A DNA stretch of 63,980 nucleotides, the filler included, from Lama guanicoe (Eukaryota): assembly GCA_013239625.1 (NCBI GenBank). It is 80 parts of 77 records of this genome, joined end to end, with 100 filler letters (N's around TTAATTAATTAA, not from the genome) between each part and the next. Parts side by side here need not be neighbours in the genome. Positions count along the whole stretch, not along the records: positions 1 to 593 come from MU056139.1; positions 694 to 1,236 come from MU056139.1; positions 1,337 to 2,580 come from MU056140.1; positions 2,681 to 3,391 come from MU056141.1; positions 3,492 to 3,924 come from MU056141.1; positions 4,025 to 4,830 come from MU056142.1; positions 4,931 to 5,411 come from PNXV01018682.1; positions 5,512 to 6,003 come from MU056143.1; 72 more parts are not named here. One strand, given 5' to 3'. Under the pieces are notes generated by a model. It saw only the letters and a program-made list of their open reading frames with translations, had not been told where the DNA came from and made no database searches. How positions within the stretch are numbered: position 1 is the first letter of the stretch; every line of letters begins with the position of its first letter. A program made the translations under genes and the position numbers. Below, in pieces: positions 1 to 12,679 of this stretch.

Positions 1-593
1 AAAAGATTTCAATACCTCTTCTATTCAGTGAGATAAATGTTTGTTGTTCTGTTTAAACAAGCTGATTTCTCATGCCTACCACACTATTCACACTGAGATT
101 TATTGCTCTTTCCTAACTAACTCCATGGTGCATAAATGAAGTTCATAAGAACTGTCAAAAGTGCTCTGTGAAATCCTTTAAAACAGAATCTTATGCCTGA
201 AAATATAACTCTTAGGTGTATCAAGATAACTAGAAATACAAAAACAGATATGTATTTTTTAAAAATGCAGATTTTCACTGTAGGGACCTGTTCAATCTAA
301 TGGCTAAGTGGTGGATGCAGACAAATGGTCTACCCTATGTAACCACCTCCCCCAAGGTGCACCCTTGTTCTCCTCTGAGAAACCGTTCTATCAGTGCTTT
401 GCTTTCTTTTATGTCTCTCTCGTTTCTTTTCATCTCTCCCTCAACACTAGCATTTCCTTCCCTATACATCCACTTTTAACCTCTATCCTTAAGAAAGTAT
501 TTCTTTGACCTGTTAACATTCTTTCTTTAACTGTCAAACGTCATTAAAACATAATTTATTCTTATTGCCTTCCTCTTCCTTTCAACTCACATG

Positions 594-693
594 NNNNNNN
601 NNNNNNNNNNNNNNNNNNNNNNNNNNNNNNNNNNNNNTTAATTAATTAANNNNNNNNNNNNNNNNNNNNNNNNNNNNNNNNNNNNNNNNNNNN
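594..693. other. Artificial scaffold-joining spacer N44-TTAATTAATTAA-N44 (first of about 79 copies; last at 63767-63866)
   Basis: The same 100-bp block recurs throughout. The palindromic 12-mer puts stop codons in all six frames and is always embedded in Ns. Confidence 0.99.
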
Positions 694-747
694 ATCACAA
701 GCATTTGAAATAGGAAATACTATTGTGTTTGCTATTAATACAATTAC

Positions 748-1236
748 TGGGAGGAGCAACCAAGATAGCAGAGTAGAAGGATGCTCTTAGCTCATCCTGT
801 CCCATGAATACACCAAAAGAGACATCTGCAGATCCACCCATTCACTCAGAACACCTGCTGAACTTTGACAGATCATTGATTTCTTCAAAAGACAAAATTC
901 CTCACAAATCTGGTAGGAGGTAAAAACAAAGAAGAAATAGAAGGAAAAGCAAATTAGTGAAGGACCTCCACCAAGGAAGGGAATGGCAAAGAAGGTATAG
1001 TGCTCTTATGCTGGGATGCCCATCTCCAATGGAGAGGTCAATGGGGATGGACGGGGACCTTCAAGGCTTGGAAGAGTACGCAGCAGCCTCTTGGCCAACG
1101 GAACTATGAGAAACTGGCACGAAGGGTCTCTGTGATCCCCAGCCCTAGATGCAAGCTGGCAGGGAGAAGAGAAGCATGGCTCAGCCACAGCCACCATATT
1201 CACTGGTGTACAGCTCCCAGGCAGAGGTGGGGTTGA
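748..1236 (+). mobile_element. LINE-1 5' UTR fragment, cetartiodactyl type
   Basis: GGGAGGAGCAACCAAGATAGCAGAGTAGAAGG...ACATCT...CAGAACACCTGCTGAAC resembles the CAAGATGGCGGAG...AGAACACCTACTGAAC start of artiodactyl L1. Confidence 0.7.
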
Positions 1237-1336
1237 NNNNNNNNNNNNNNNNNNNNNNNNNNNNNNNNNNNNNNNNNNNNTTAATTAATTAANNNNNNNN
1301 NNNNNNNNNNNNNNNNNNNNNNNNNNNNNNNNNNNN

Positions 1337-2580
1337 TCGAAAATCTGTGTTCTACTTTCTATGCTCTACATTCTAAATTCTGTATACTGTACTCTGTATT
1401 CTAAATTCTGTGTTCTGAGTTCAATGTTCTAATTTTTATGTTCGGTATTCTGAATTCTATATTCTAAATTCTGTATTCTACATTCTAAATAATTTGTTCT
1501 GTATTCCATGGTCTAAATACTCGGTTCTGTATTCGATAATCTAAAATCTATACTCTGTGTTCTACATTCTATATTCTACATTGTATATTTTGTATTCTGT
1601 ATTCTATGTTCTGTGTTCTACATTCTGTATTCTACATTCTCTATTCTGTATTCTGTATGCTATATTCCCAATTCCGTGTTCTACATTCTNNNNNNNNNNN
1701 NNNNNNNNNNNNNNNNNNNNNNNNNNNNNNNNNNNNNNNNNNNNNNNNNNNNNNNNNNNNNNNNNNNNNNNNNNNNNNNNNNNNNNNNNNNNNNNNNNNN
1801 NNNNNNNNNNNNNNNNNNNNNNNNNNNNNNNNNNNNNNNNNNNNNNNNNNNNNNNNNNNNNNNNNNNNNNNNNNNNNNNNNNNNNNNNNNNNNNNNNNNN
1901 NNNNNNNNNNNNNNNNNNNNNNNNNNNNNNNNNNNTATATATTCTAATTTCTGAGTTCTGAAATCCATGTTCTAAATTCTGGGATATGTATTCTGTATTC
2001 TATTTTCTATATTCTGTGTTATGCATTCCATGTTCTAAAATCTGGGTTCTGTATTCTGTACTCTATATACTATACTGTGTGTTCTACATTCAATATTCTA
2101 CTTTTATTTCTGTATTCTCTTTTCAATAACTTGTGTTCTGTATTCCATGTTATAAACACTGATTTCTGTATTCTGAATTCTATCTTCTATATTCTGTGTT
2201 CTACATTCTCTATTCTACATTCTATACTCTGTATTATATATTCTAAATTCCGTGTTATGAATTCCATGTTCTAAATTCTGGGTTCTGAATTCTGTATTCT
2301 GTATTCTGTATTCTATATTCTGTTTGCTACATTCTGTATTCTACATTTTCCATTCTGTATTTCAAATTCTATACTCTGTGTTCTGCATTCCATGCCTAAG
2401 TTCTGGGTTATCTATTCTGCATTCTCATTCTATACTCTGTGTTCTGCATTCCATGTTCTCAATTCTGGGTTCTGTATTCTATATTCTATATTCTGGGTTC
2501 TACATTCTAAATTCTACTTTCTATATTCTGAATACTTTATTGTATATTCTGCGTTCTACATTCTATATTCTACATTCTAT
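1337..2580 (+). repeat. Satellite A (7-bp unit RTTCTRN)
   Basis: Continuous diverged heptamers ATTCTAT/ATTCTGT/ATTCTAA/GTTCTAC. Confidence 0.95.
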
Positions 2581-2680
2581 NNNNNNNNNNNNNNNNNNNN
2601 NNNNNNNNNNNNNNNNNNNNNNNNTTAATTAATTAANNNNNNNNNNNNNNNNNNNNNNNNNNNNNNNNNNNNNNNNNNNN

Positions 2681-3391
2681 TTAGTGATATTGAACATTTT
2701 TTCATGTGCTTTTTGATCATTTGTAAGTGTAGATTTAAACAAATCGTGTGGAGAACAAAAATACAAAGCAGAACTTATACTCTTCAAACTATTCAAAAAT
2801 AGTGAAGATGTGGCAAACTCCCAAGTTAATCCTATGAAGAATTCATCACCCTGATAGCAAAGCCAACAAACATACTACAGACAAAGGGAACTTCAAGCCA
2901 ATAAATTTGACAGATTTAGATGCAAAAATTCTACAAAATATTATTAGCAAACTAAATCCAGTAATACCAAAAATGAATCATCCACCATGATCACTTGGAT
3001 TCATGGCAGGGTCACAAGAGATGTTCAACATGCACAAATAAATCAGTTTGATACACCACATTAACAAAAGGAAAAGAGAAAATGACGTGGTCATCTCAAT
3101 AAATCCATAAAAATTATTTCAGAAAATTCAACATTTATTCATTAAAACAGCAACAACAGCAACAACAACAACAACAACAGCAACAACAACAGAAAACTCT
3201 TTCCAAAGTACGATTCAGGAAACATATCTCAACATAACTAAAGTCATTACTTACAAACCCCAGACAATGTAATATACAAAAGTGAATAACTGAAAGCCAA
3301 ATTAAGGAATAAGACAAGGATGCCCGATCTCACCATTTCTCTTAAACACAGTATGGGAAGTCCTAGTAACAGCAATTGGACAAGAAATAAA
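2681..3391 (+). mobile_element. Degenerate L1 ORF2 (RT region), preceded by a short antisense L1 piece at about 2681-2725
   Basis: CATCACCCTGATAGCAAAGCC, GATGCAAAAATTC, ACAAGGATGCCC and GAAGTCCTAG match L1 ORF2. TTAGTGATATTGAACATTTTTTCATGTGC is the antisense ORF2 3' region. Confidence 0.9.
3146..3192 (+). repeat. (CAA/CAG)n microsatellite inside the L1
   Basis: About 15 trinucleotide units; explains the poly-Cys minus-strand ORF. Confidence 0.95.
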
Positions 3392-3491
3392 NNNNNNNNN
3401 NNNNNNNNNNNNNNNNNNNNNNNNNNNNNNNNNNNTTAATTAATTAANNNNNNNNNNNNNNNNNNNNNNNNNNNNNNNNNNNNNNNNNNNN

Positions 3492-3924
3492 CCTTACATT
3501 TAAGTCTTCAAGCCATTTTGAGTTTATTCTTGTGTATGGAGTGAAGGAGTGTTCTAACTCCATTGCTCTGCATGCTGCTATCCAGATTCCCAACATCATT
3601 TGGTGGAGGGATGGTCTTTTCGGTGTCATATTCCTGGCTACTCTGTCAATAATTAATAGAACGTAGGCCTGTAGATTTATTCCTAGGCCCTCTATTCTGT
3701 TCTTTTGGTCCATAAGCCTCTTTCTGTATGAGTATCTTGTCATTTTGTTCATTGTAGCTCTGCAATAGTGTATGGAGAACTGATGATTTATTCCTCCAAC
3801 CTCTTTGTTTTTCATTAATATTGCTTTGGAAATTATGGATCTTTTATGACTCTATGTAAATCTCAGAGTCATTTCTTTCAGTCCCAAAAAGAGAATTTTG
3901 GCATAATTTGATAGGAAATCACAT
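3492..3924 (-). mobile_element. L1 ORF2 fragment
   Basis: Minus translation includes 'FTPYTRINSKWLEDLNVR', typical of ORF2p. Confidence 0.92.
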
Positions 3925-4024
3925 NNNNNNNNNNNNNNNNNNNNNNNNNNNNNNNNNNNNNNNNNNNNTTAATTAATTAANNNNNNNNNNNNNNNNNNNN
4001 NNNNNNNNNNNNNNNNNNNNNNNN

Positions 4025-4830
4025 TGCTGTCTGTTGGAGGAACCTCCCCAACTCAGATCCCCAGAACACTACTTACTGTGTATGCTGGACGTATGGAAAC
4101 ATAGCACACGCATTTTTCAGGGGTCACAGTAATTCCCAAATTGTGGGTTGTAGTTTAAACATCTCCACTACCCATGGAGAGGCACACGCTAATACTTAGT
4201 TTTAGATCCCAAATCCCACTTTCAACCACNNNNNNNNNNNNNNNNNNNNNNNNNNNNNNNNNNNNNNNNNNNNNNNNNNNNNNNNNNNNNNNNNNNNNNN
4301 NNNNNNNNNNNNNNNNNNNNNCTGGAACCCAACCTTGTGTGGTGGGGAGATTTGAAGCCCCACTCCACGCAGATGAATGGGTGCTCAGGTGTTTCCCTTT
4401 ATGGAGAATTCATCTAAATACTTCCTCATTCCATCGGGGATACTCGCTACTATTAGGCCTCAAAGCCCAACCCCCAGATTTCTGTCAGAGTCAGTCCTAG
4501 GGAAACACTCAGGGATTACAAGCTAAGGGATTGTATTAGAACTCAGCCGCTTCTGTCACCTGAAATTGCCAGCCCACACTCAGTATAGCAGAAAACTTCT
4601 TCATGTGTGTTCGGGTGGTGGGGATACAGAGTCCACGCTTTTTCAAGGGGCACAGGTATTCCCATGTTGTGGGTTTTGGGTTAATAACCTCCAAATCCCA
4701 TGGAGAAGCACTTGCTAATACCTGGATTTAGTGCCCAACCCACCCTTTCCGCAGCACTCCGTATCAAGCAACCAAACAGTTTAGACAAGTTAAGCGATTG
4801 TATAAGAACCAAGGCCCTGCTCTCAGTTGG
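4025..4830 (+). repeat. Satellite B (~263-bp diverged monomers)
   Basis: Closely matches 30419-30862, 33748-34555 and, reverse-complemented, 31214-31687. Confidence 0.92.
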
Positions 4831-4930
4831 NNNNNNNNNNNNNNNNNNNNNNNNNNNNNNNNNNNNNNNNNNNNTTAATTAATTAANNNNNNNNNNNNNN
4901 NNNNNNNNNNNNNNNNNNNNNNNNNNNNNN

Positions 4931-5411
4931 TTGCACTTATATAAAGACAACAGGTTGTAGAATAGAAAACTACTTTTGTATTGTTGGAGGATTTACAGAG
5001 GCACTATGACCTGGTCTACGTAAACAGCTGTAAACCAAGATAATGGCGGACTAATATCTTGGAGAACCATCTTCCCCATGTCAACTTCAGGCTCCTTTTC
5101 TACTAAAAAGGGGAGGGGCTGTGGTTGGTTGTTGCAAACTTGTTGGTGTAGGAATTCTTTGTTCTTGGAATCCTTTGCATCCACGTGGGTCAGATCATGG
5201 TGTTCCTGCAAAACCTGCAACAAAAAAAACTTTTTCTATTCTGCAACTTGTTATCTTTCTAGGAGTGCAAAGTTTTAATATCCTTAAAGCTCAGACTTTT
5301 GAGAATACACTCTCCTGTTTATTTCAGGCTAAAGGCAACACTGTTTTACAAAATGTGCAGAGCTAGCAAGTCTAAGCCTAGAAAACACGGCAGAGTGTTA
5401 AAGGAAAAGGA
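4931..5411. mobile_element. Two ERV LTR fragments of one family in inverted orientation (+ 4931-5030, - 5025-5411)
   Basis: Both pieces align to the LTR at 53539-53900 (AAGATAACA..TTGCAGA.TAGAAAA; GAATTCCTACACCAA). Confidence 0.75.
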
Positions 5412-5796
5412 NNNNNNNNNNNNNNNNNNNNNNNNNNNNNNNNNNNNNNNNNNNNTTAATTAATTAANNNNNNNNNNNNNNNNNNNNNNNNNNNNNNNNN
5501 NNNNNNNNNNNTAGAGACAGCTGAGTCTTGAGACAAAGCTGAGGTCTTTTTGAGATATCAAAGTGGAGGACAGGCAAATTCAATTTCTGGAAGATGAATT
5601 GAGCCGGTGTCCTGAGGCATAAAGGCAAAAGGCAAGAAGAGTATAAGTGATGGGTGGTTGTTGATACTAGGGAACAACTGGCTATCAGGAAACTGTAGGC
5701 CCTGCCTGAAGGCTGTAGAGAACAAGTCATGGGTTGAACTGATAAACAAGCTGTGAGAAATGTCACATAGCTGGCTGGATAAGAGATGCCTACTTA

Positions 5797-6003
5797 ATGT
5801 GTCCTCTATGGATGGCTGGATAGCCAGTGACGGGTAAGATCCTCAGAGGAGGACAACCTAAGACAGGCACAGCCGGCTGGACCGGAGATGGCCTGCTGAA
5901 TGTGTCCAGCGTGGACGGCTGGATAGCCAGTGACGGGTAAGATCCTCAGAGGAGGACAACCTAAGACAGGCACAGCCGGCTGGACCGGAGATGGCCTGCT
6001 GAA
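5797..6003 (+). repeat. 103-bp tandem duplication in a probable LTR
   Basis: TAGCCAGTGACGGGTAAGATCC occurs at 5821 and 5924; the copies are identical over about 87 bp. Confidence 0.9.
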
Positions 6004-6267
6004 NNNNNNNNNNNNNNNNNNNNNNNNNNNNNNNNNNNNNNNNNNNNTTAATTAATTAANNNNNNNNNNNNNNNNNNNNNNNNNNNNNNNNNNNNNNNNN
6101 NNNGCAAAACTGAGAGTGAAGAGGCAATGGAGATTCAATACTTAAATGAAACTAGGGGTACATAAAGTCATAAAAATGGATTCCATGAAGTCAGGGCAAG
6201 TGTTAAAGTCCGACTAGAAATTCAACTGTAAGATTCCTGGAAGCTAAAGCAAAAAGAAAAAGATGAT

Positions 6268-6395
6268 GGGGCGGGTGGTAGAGCATGTGCTTAGTGAGCT
6301 CGGGGTCCTGGGTTTAAGCCCCAGGGCCTCCACTAACAGATAAATACACCTAATTACCTACCCGCAAAAAAGAGCCCCAAAGAAAACAAAAAGAG
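6268..6395 (+). mobile_element. tRNA-derived SINE, camelid vic-1-like
   Basis: A-box-like GTGGTAGAGC, B-box-like GGTCCTGGGTTTAAGCCCC, then the tail ATAAAT..ACCTAATTACCT and an A-rich end. Confidence 0.8.
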
Positions 6396-6749
6396 AAATT
6401 TCTTTTCCAAAAANNNNNNNNNNNNNNNNNNNNNNNNNNNNNNNNNNNNNNNNNNNNNNNNNNNNNNNNNNNNNNNNNNNNNNNNNNNNNNNNNNNNNNN
6501 NNNNNNNNNNNNNNNNNNNNNNNNNNNNNNNNNNNNNNNNNNNNNNNNNNNNNNNNNNNNNNNNNNNNNNNNNNNNNNNNNNNNNNNNNNNNNNNNNNNN
6601 NNNNNNNNNNNNNNNNNNNNNNNNNNNNNNNNNNNNNNNNNNNNNNNNNNNNNNNNNNNNNNNNNNNNNNNNNNNNNNNNNNNNNNNNNNNNNNNNNNNN
6701 NNNNNNNNNNNNNNNNNNNNNNNNNNNNNNNNNNNNNNNNNNNNNNNNN

Positions 6750-6871
6750 TAACCCTATAAAATGTGCAGGACTTGGAGGTGCTCAGAGCCACAGAAAAGA
6801 AGCCACTCTGCACCTGCAGGCATAATAAATCTCAGTACTCCCACCCTCTGTGTGGTGCTTGTTTCTTGGCT
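6750..6871 (+). mobile_element. Probable LTR 3' part
   Basis: CCTATAAAA followed about 65 bp later by AATAAA and a GT-rich tail. Confidence 0.5.
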
Positions 6872-7204
6872 NNNNNNNNNNNNNNNNNNNNNNNNNNNNN
6901 NNNNNNNNNNNNNNNTTAATTAATTAANNNNNNNNNNNNNNNNNNNNNNNNNNNNNNNNNNNNNNNNNNNNACAATGTGCAGGTATCTGGCTCTTTTTAA
7001 TGCAGGGAAAAGATGTTAAGGTTAAAAACAATTTTTTTTTTCATTTAAAATCTTCCAGATTATTTTCCTTCTCCCTTTTGAATGAAATTTATTTTATGTT
7101 TTGCCGTAAATAAAATAGTTGATTTACCATTCTTTGATTAGAAATGAATAAACATAAGTGCTATAGTCAATTTTTAGTAATCACACCACTCTCACACACA
7201 AGAT

Positions 7205-7360
7205 TTCATTTAACTCTCACAGAATCCCTGTGGGGAGACCCTCACATTGCCATTTTCCAGAAGAAAAACAGCCTCAAGAATATGAAGTGACTGACCCAAG
7301 GTCACACAGCTAGGAGTAAGTGAGGAATCTGAGGTTGGATTCTCAGGCCAATGCAGATCT
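7205..7360 (-). mobile_element. MIR SINE
   Basis: CCCAAGGTCACACAGCTAG is the reverse complement of the MIR core. Confidence 0.85.
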
Positions 7361-8604
7361 TTTATTTCCAAATCCATACCTACTCCATTGTATCACAGTG
7401 CCTTTTCAATAGTTAGTCTCTTGGTATACAGATATGAAAGTTCACAGGTTAATCCTTTGTTAGAGTCTCCACTTTTTNNNNNNNNNNNNNNNNNNNNNNN
7501 NNNNNNNNNNNNNNNNNNNNNNNNNNNNNNNNNNNNNNNNNNNNNNNNNNNNNNNNNNNNNNNNNNNNNNNNNNNNNNNNNNNNNNNNNNNNNNNNNNNN
7601 NNNNNNNNNNNNNNNNNNNNNNNNNNNNNNNNNNNNNNNNNNNNNNNNNNNNNNNNNNNNNNNNNNNNNNNNNNNNNNNNNNNNNNNNNNNNNNNNNNNN
7701 NNNNNNNNNNNNNNNNNNNNNNNNNNNNNNNNNNNNNNNNNNNNNNNNNNNNNNNNNNNNNNNNNNNNNNNNNNNNNNNNNNNNNNNNNNNNNNNNNNNN
7801 NNNNNNNNNNNNNNNNNNNNNNNNNNNNNNNNNNNNNNNNNNNNNNNNNNNNNNNNNNNNNNNNNNNNNNNNNNNNNNNNNNNNNNNNNNNNNNNNNNNN
7901 NNATTGGCAATGCTATAGCACTGTTGTGAAATAACGTTCTCCCACTGTGTAGCCCATCATTAAAAATAACACTAAAATATACCTAAGTTGTCTACCATTC
8001 CTCATCTACTATNNNNNNNNNNNNNNNNNNNNNNNNNNNNNNNNNNNNNNNNNNNNTTAATTAATTAANNNNNNNNNNNNNNNNNNNNNNNNNNNNNNNN
8101 NNNNNNNNNNNNTGCATATTTGTCCTATCTTTGGCTCAGTGATGGAGCACGTTCAAGTGAATTTTAATGTCTGCACAGATTTAACTGTCTTTCTCCAGGT
8201 TCACTTGTCCATTCCAAAGAAGCCTGAGCTAAGTCCATCCTCTGTAAGATCTATTCCCTACAGTGACAGCTCATTGAGCCTGCAATTAAAAGCCAAGTGA
8301 ACAAGACTGTCCTCAGCTAAAAATATCACCCACCCTTCACTGTTTTCCTAATCTGCTCTTCTGGCTAATTGCAACAGACTAATACCTCCCTCCACCAAGC
8401 TACCCAACTATGTCACTTTGTCTCCCCAAAAAGAAAGTAAAGTCCATAAAACAGAAGACAACTACATAGTCACCTCTGAATTCCTAGCATATAGTAATGT
8501 CAATNNNNNNNNNNNNNNNNNNNNNNNNNNNNNNNNNNNNNNNNNNNNTTAATTAATTAANNNNNNNNNNNNNNNNNNNNNNNNNNNNNNNNNNNNNNNN
8601 NNNN

Positions 8605-9459
8605 AAACCGGCACTAGGAAAAAGACTGGGAACCCAGAGTAAGTGTTTCTCCTTCAACCGTTCTTTTAGTGCTGTATCTACGAACGTCTCTCCACATGCT
8701 CAATTCTGAGAGATAAGTGTTTGTTAAAGTCGTAATTCACCTAGCTTGAAGGGAACACACAGTTTCTTTTCAGTTGCTAACACCACTACATACATATATC
8801 AGGGGTGGTAAAAGCTCCAACTCGGTTTTACAGTGAAAACTGCAGGAACTTCAGACCGGCACTAGGAAATAGACTGAGAAACCAAAGTACAATTTTTTTT
8901 GCAACCTGTTCCCTTTGTGCTGGATGAACAAATATCTCTCCACATGCTCAGTTCTGAGAGATGAGAGTGTTTGAAAACCCTACCTCAACTAACTTGAAGG
9001 TAACACAAAGTTTCTTTTCAGTTGCAATCTACACATATACATGGGGAAGTACAAGCTTCAAACTTATTTAACAATAAAAAATGCAGGAAGTTTAAAGTGA
9101 CACTAGAAAACAGACTGAAAATCCAGATTATGTGTTTCCCCTGCAAATCGTTCATTTTGTGCTGAATGAACGAACGTCTCCCCACATGCTATGTTCTGAG
9201 AGATAATTGTGTGCAAGCCACCCTTCACCTAGCTTGAAGGGAACACAAAGTTTCTGTACAGTTGCAAATTTCTCTAAATTGATATATATGGGGAGGTACA
9301 GCTTCCAACACGGTTTTACACAGAAAAGTGCAGGAAATTCAAACCGACACTAGGAAAAAGATTGAGAAACCAGAGTAATTGTGTATCCTGAAATCCTTTC
9401 CCTTTGTGCTGGATGAACGAACTTCTGTCCACATGTTCAATTCCGTGAGATAAGTGTGT
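8605..9459 (+). repeat. Satellite C (~249-bp monomer)
   Basis: AAACCGGCACTAGGAAA-like anchor at 8605, 8853, 9094 and 9341. Confidence 0.95.
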
Positions 9460-10120
9460 NNNNNNNNNNNNNNNNNNNNNNNNNNNNNNNNNNNNNNNNN
9501 NNNTTAATTAATTAANNNNNNNNNNNNNNNNNNNNNNNNNNNNNNNNNNNNNNNNNNNNTAAAGGAGACTTATGTTCCTATAATATCCGTACACCCGGAA
9601 TACATGTGTGTCGCCATATTTCTGCTGAAACACCCGCACTCTCAGGACATGGATCCATTTTTTTCCTGGGGGCTGAAATTCCAAGAAATGAAACCAACCC
9701 CAACGTGCACTTTACTCTCGGTCTCTTTTGCTCTTAGTACACTTTGGCAGAGCTACTTGCCTTTGTTATAGACTTCTTACAATTCTTCTCTACGTAGCNN
9801 NNNNNNNNNNNNNNNNNNNNNNNNNNNNNNNNNNNNNNNNNNNNNNNNNNNNNNNNNNNNNNNNNNNNNNNNNNNNNNNNNNNNNNNNNNNNNNNNNNNN
9901 NNNNNNNNNNNNNNNNNNNNNNNNNNNNNNNNNNNNNNNNNNNNNNNNNNNNNNNNNNNNNNNNNNNNNNNNNNNNNNNNNNNNNNNNNNNNNNNNNNNN
10001 NNNNNNNNNNNNNNNNNNNNNNNNNNNNNNNNNNNNNNNNNNNNNNNNNNNNNNNNNNNNNNNNNNNNNNNNNNNNNNNNNNNNNNNNNNNNNNNNNNNN
10101 NNNNNNNNNNNNNNNNNNNN

Positions 10121-10515
10121 TTGGTCGGCTTCTAGCTTTTTTCGCAAACAAGTCAGGCCATGCATCTCCCCTTTCTCTTCAAACAGAGAGTCAAATAAGC
10201 TGATTAACTTAAGAGAGTGCTTCCAATCACCTATGATTTCCTGCTTACCTCTCCTATATTTAGGGTTTTGATGTCCTACTTGCCTTCTTTTTATTGCTTC
10301 TTTGCCACTCATGCTCTTCTTGCATTTCCAATAATGGTTTCTTCTTTCCATTTCTTCTTGCTGCATTTCTATTCAGGGTAGATTTCTCAACCATTCTTTT
10401 AGGATAAATTTTAAACTGCTGAATTCTTTTAAGAATTGCCAGTCTGTGAAATTCACTAGATCTGCAGTTATTAGAAATGGCGGTCATGTGTCATAGGCTA
10501 CCCTAGGTGGCAGCA
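10121..10515 (-). repeat. Near-identical copy of 46881-47271
   Basis: Reverse-complement match with only a few substitutions and one small indel. Confidence 0.95.
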
Positions 10516-10819
10516 TTTGGCCATTCAGGTTATGGTGTGTGTCCTGACACTCCTCCCTCTCCTGCAATATTGCTGCCGAGATATCANNNNNNNNNNNNNN
10601 NNNNNNNNNNNNNNNNNNNNNNNNNNNNNNTTAATTAATTAANNNNNNNNNNNNNNNNNNNNNNNNNNNNNNNNNNNNNNNNNNNNTCTTGGAAACAAAT
10701 TTTTTAAAACAGAAAAGAAAGGATTCTGGAACAAGTATACTTACTTTAATACTTACAATTTTAAATGACAAATTACAAAGTAAGTATTTACAAACCAAAA
10801 ATGCCTTCCTAGGTGTCAG

Positions 10820-11127
10820 TTTAAACAGTTAAAAAATATAATAGCAAAAAATCTCACTTACAAAATTAACTAAAACATAAACAATGATCTGGATTAAACT
10901 CAAAAATAAAGCCCATGTACTACATGGAGAAACTACTGAACTGTACTGAGGGGTAAAGTAAGAGCTGTGAATATAGAGACATCAACATATTGCATGGAGG
11001 AGAGCAGTTTTGCAAAGATGAATGTTCTGCTAAAGATAATTCAAAACTTACAAAAAATCCTATGAAAATCCTTATCTGTTTTTTTTTAACTTGAACAAAG
11101 TATTTTAGAATTCTTCTGAAATAATAA
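10820..11127 (+). mobile_element. Ancient L1M ORF2 fragment
   Basis: GCAAAGATGAATGTTCTG...AAAATCC...AACTTGAACAAAGTATTTTAGAATTC resembles L1M ORF2. Confidence 0.6.
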
Positions 11128-12679
11128 NNNNNNNNNNNNNNNNNNNNNNNNNNNNNNNNNNNNNNNNNNNNTTAATTAATTAANNNNNNNNNNNNNNNNN
11201 NNNNNNNNNNNNNNNNNNNNNNNNNNNCATCCTGTGGCAAGTGCTGTGCTTACTGTGCTGGTATCCAAGTTAAACATGGAAAGGGAGATAGACAGAAAAT
11301 ATCTGGAGGAGGTGGTTTCTGTGCTGAGACAGGGAAAATCAAACTAGGTAAAAGGAGGACAACCTACGACCAAGGATGAGCTGGAGCAAAAGTTTTGAGG
11401 TTGGATTTAATATGATTGACAAGCATTTGCCTGGATGTATCACCATAAACAGTGAAACATAAAGATCTGCNNNNNNNNNNNNNNNNNNNNNNNNNNNNNN
11501 NNNNNNNNNNNNNNNNNNNNNNNNNNNNNNNNNNNNNNNNNNNNNNNNNNNNNNNNNNNNNNNNNNCATTAAGTGCCACCCTGAGAATTTAATCTTGTCT
11601 TTGGCTGGAAAATAAAAGTAACATAAAATATTCAGTTGAAAATATAATGTAGACTCTTGAGGGGAGGAAAAGAAAACACCAATTGGAATGCTTTGAGAAC
11701 ATCACAAAGAAGACCATTGATAAAATTACTTCTTAAATTCTAGCACATGCAGAATAAGCAATCTGAGACTATATCATGTGAAATTCATGATACCAGGGAT
11801 GACATAAGAGAGATCATGATCCCTGGGCCAGAACCTGCATTTATCTCCTGTTCCAACCTATCCTAACTTAACACTTTTAATACTTTACAGGATGAACCAG
11901 AAACCACTTAGTACTTTTCCCTCTCTCTATGTTTCAGTCTTCTTCCAAATTCTTCCATTTTCTCTTCTTCCTTACAAGAAATTANNNNNNNNNNNNNNNN
12001 NNNNNNNNNNNNNNNNNNNNNNNNNNNNTTAATTAATTAANNNNNNNNNNNNNNNNNNNNNNNNNNNNNNNNNNNNNNNNNNNNGTTATGCTACTCGAAA
12101 TAGTATGGGTTGTTTATCACAGCAAATGCAACAACAGCAATTGAAGAAATACAGGACAACACACACAGGAACAGGATATGGCATCAATGTCTGGGAGAAA
12201 TTGTCCTCACAGATATCCCATGGAACTGCGTAGAGCCAAGAGTCTAAAATTTTCACTTAACAAAGCCCTAGAAGTCTACATTAGATATCTGATTTTACCT
12301 GACCAGTAGAGATGAAGAAGTACAGTAAAAGAAACAGGAAGTACCGTTTTCAGTTCCAAAGATATTGAAGACCCAAAAGATAAGCTTTCAAACAACTAGA
12401 CTGCAAAACACTATACAGACCAAGTGTTGAAAATTGTGGTCAGGAAATCACTGAAGAACAACAGTGTCTCAGAATCACCAAAGGNNNNNNNNNNNNNNNN
12501 NNNNNNNNNNNNNNNNNNNNNNNNNNNNTTAATTAATTAANNNNNNNNNNNNNNNNNNNNNNNNNNNNNNNNNNNNNNNNNNNNTCCCATTGATATTTTA
12601 CACTTTGTATTTTGTTACATTTCATCTGTTTATCATTTGTCTTCATGCTCAATTGTTGCTAAAACATGGCCTCTCTATC

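Noticed and set aside
1557..2632. Hydrophobic 'FYILYS' ORFs here and in all satellite A scaffolds
   Set aside because: Translation artefacts of the 7-bp satellite, not membrane proteins.
4174..4882. Recurrent ORFs such as MERHTLILSFR and MEKHSLILGFR
   Set aside because: Translations of satellite B monomers, not a gene family.
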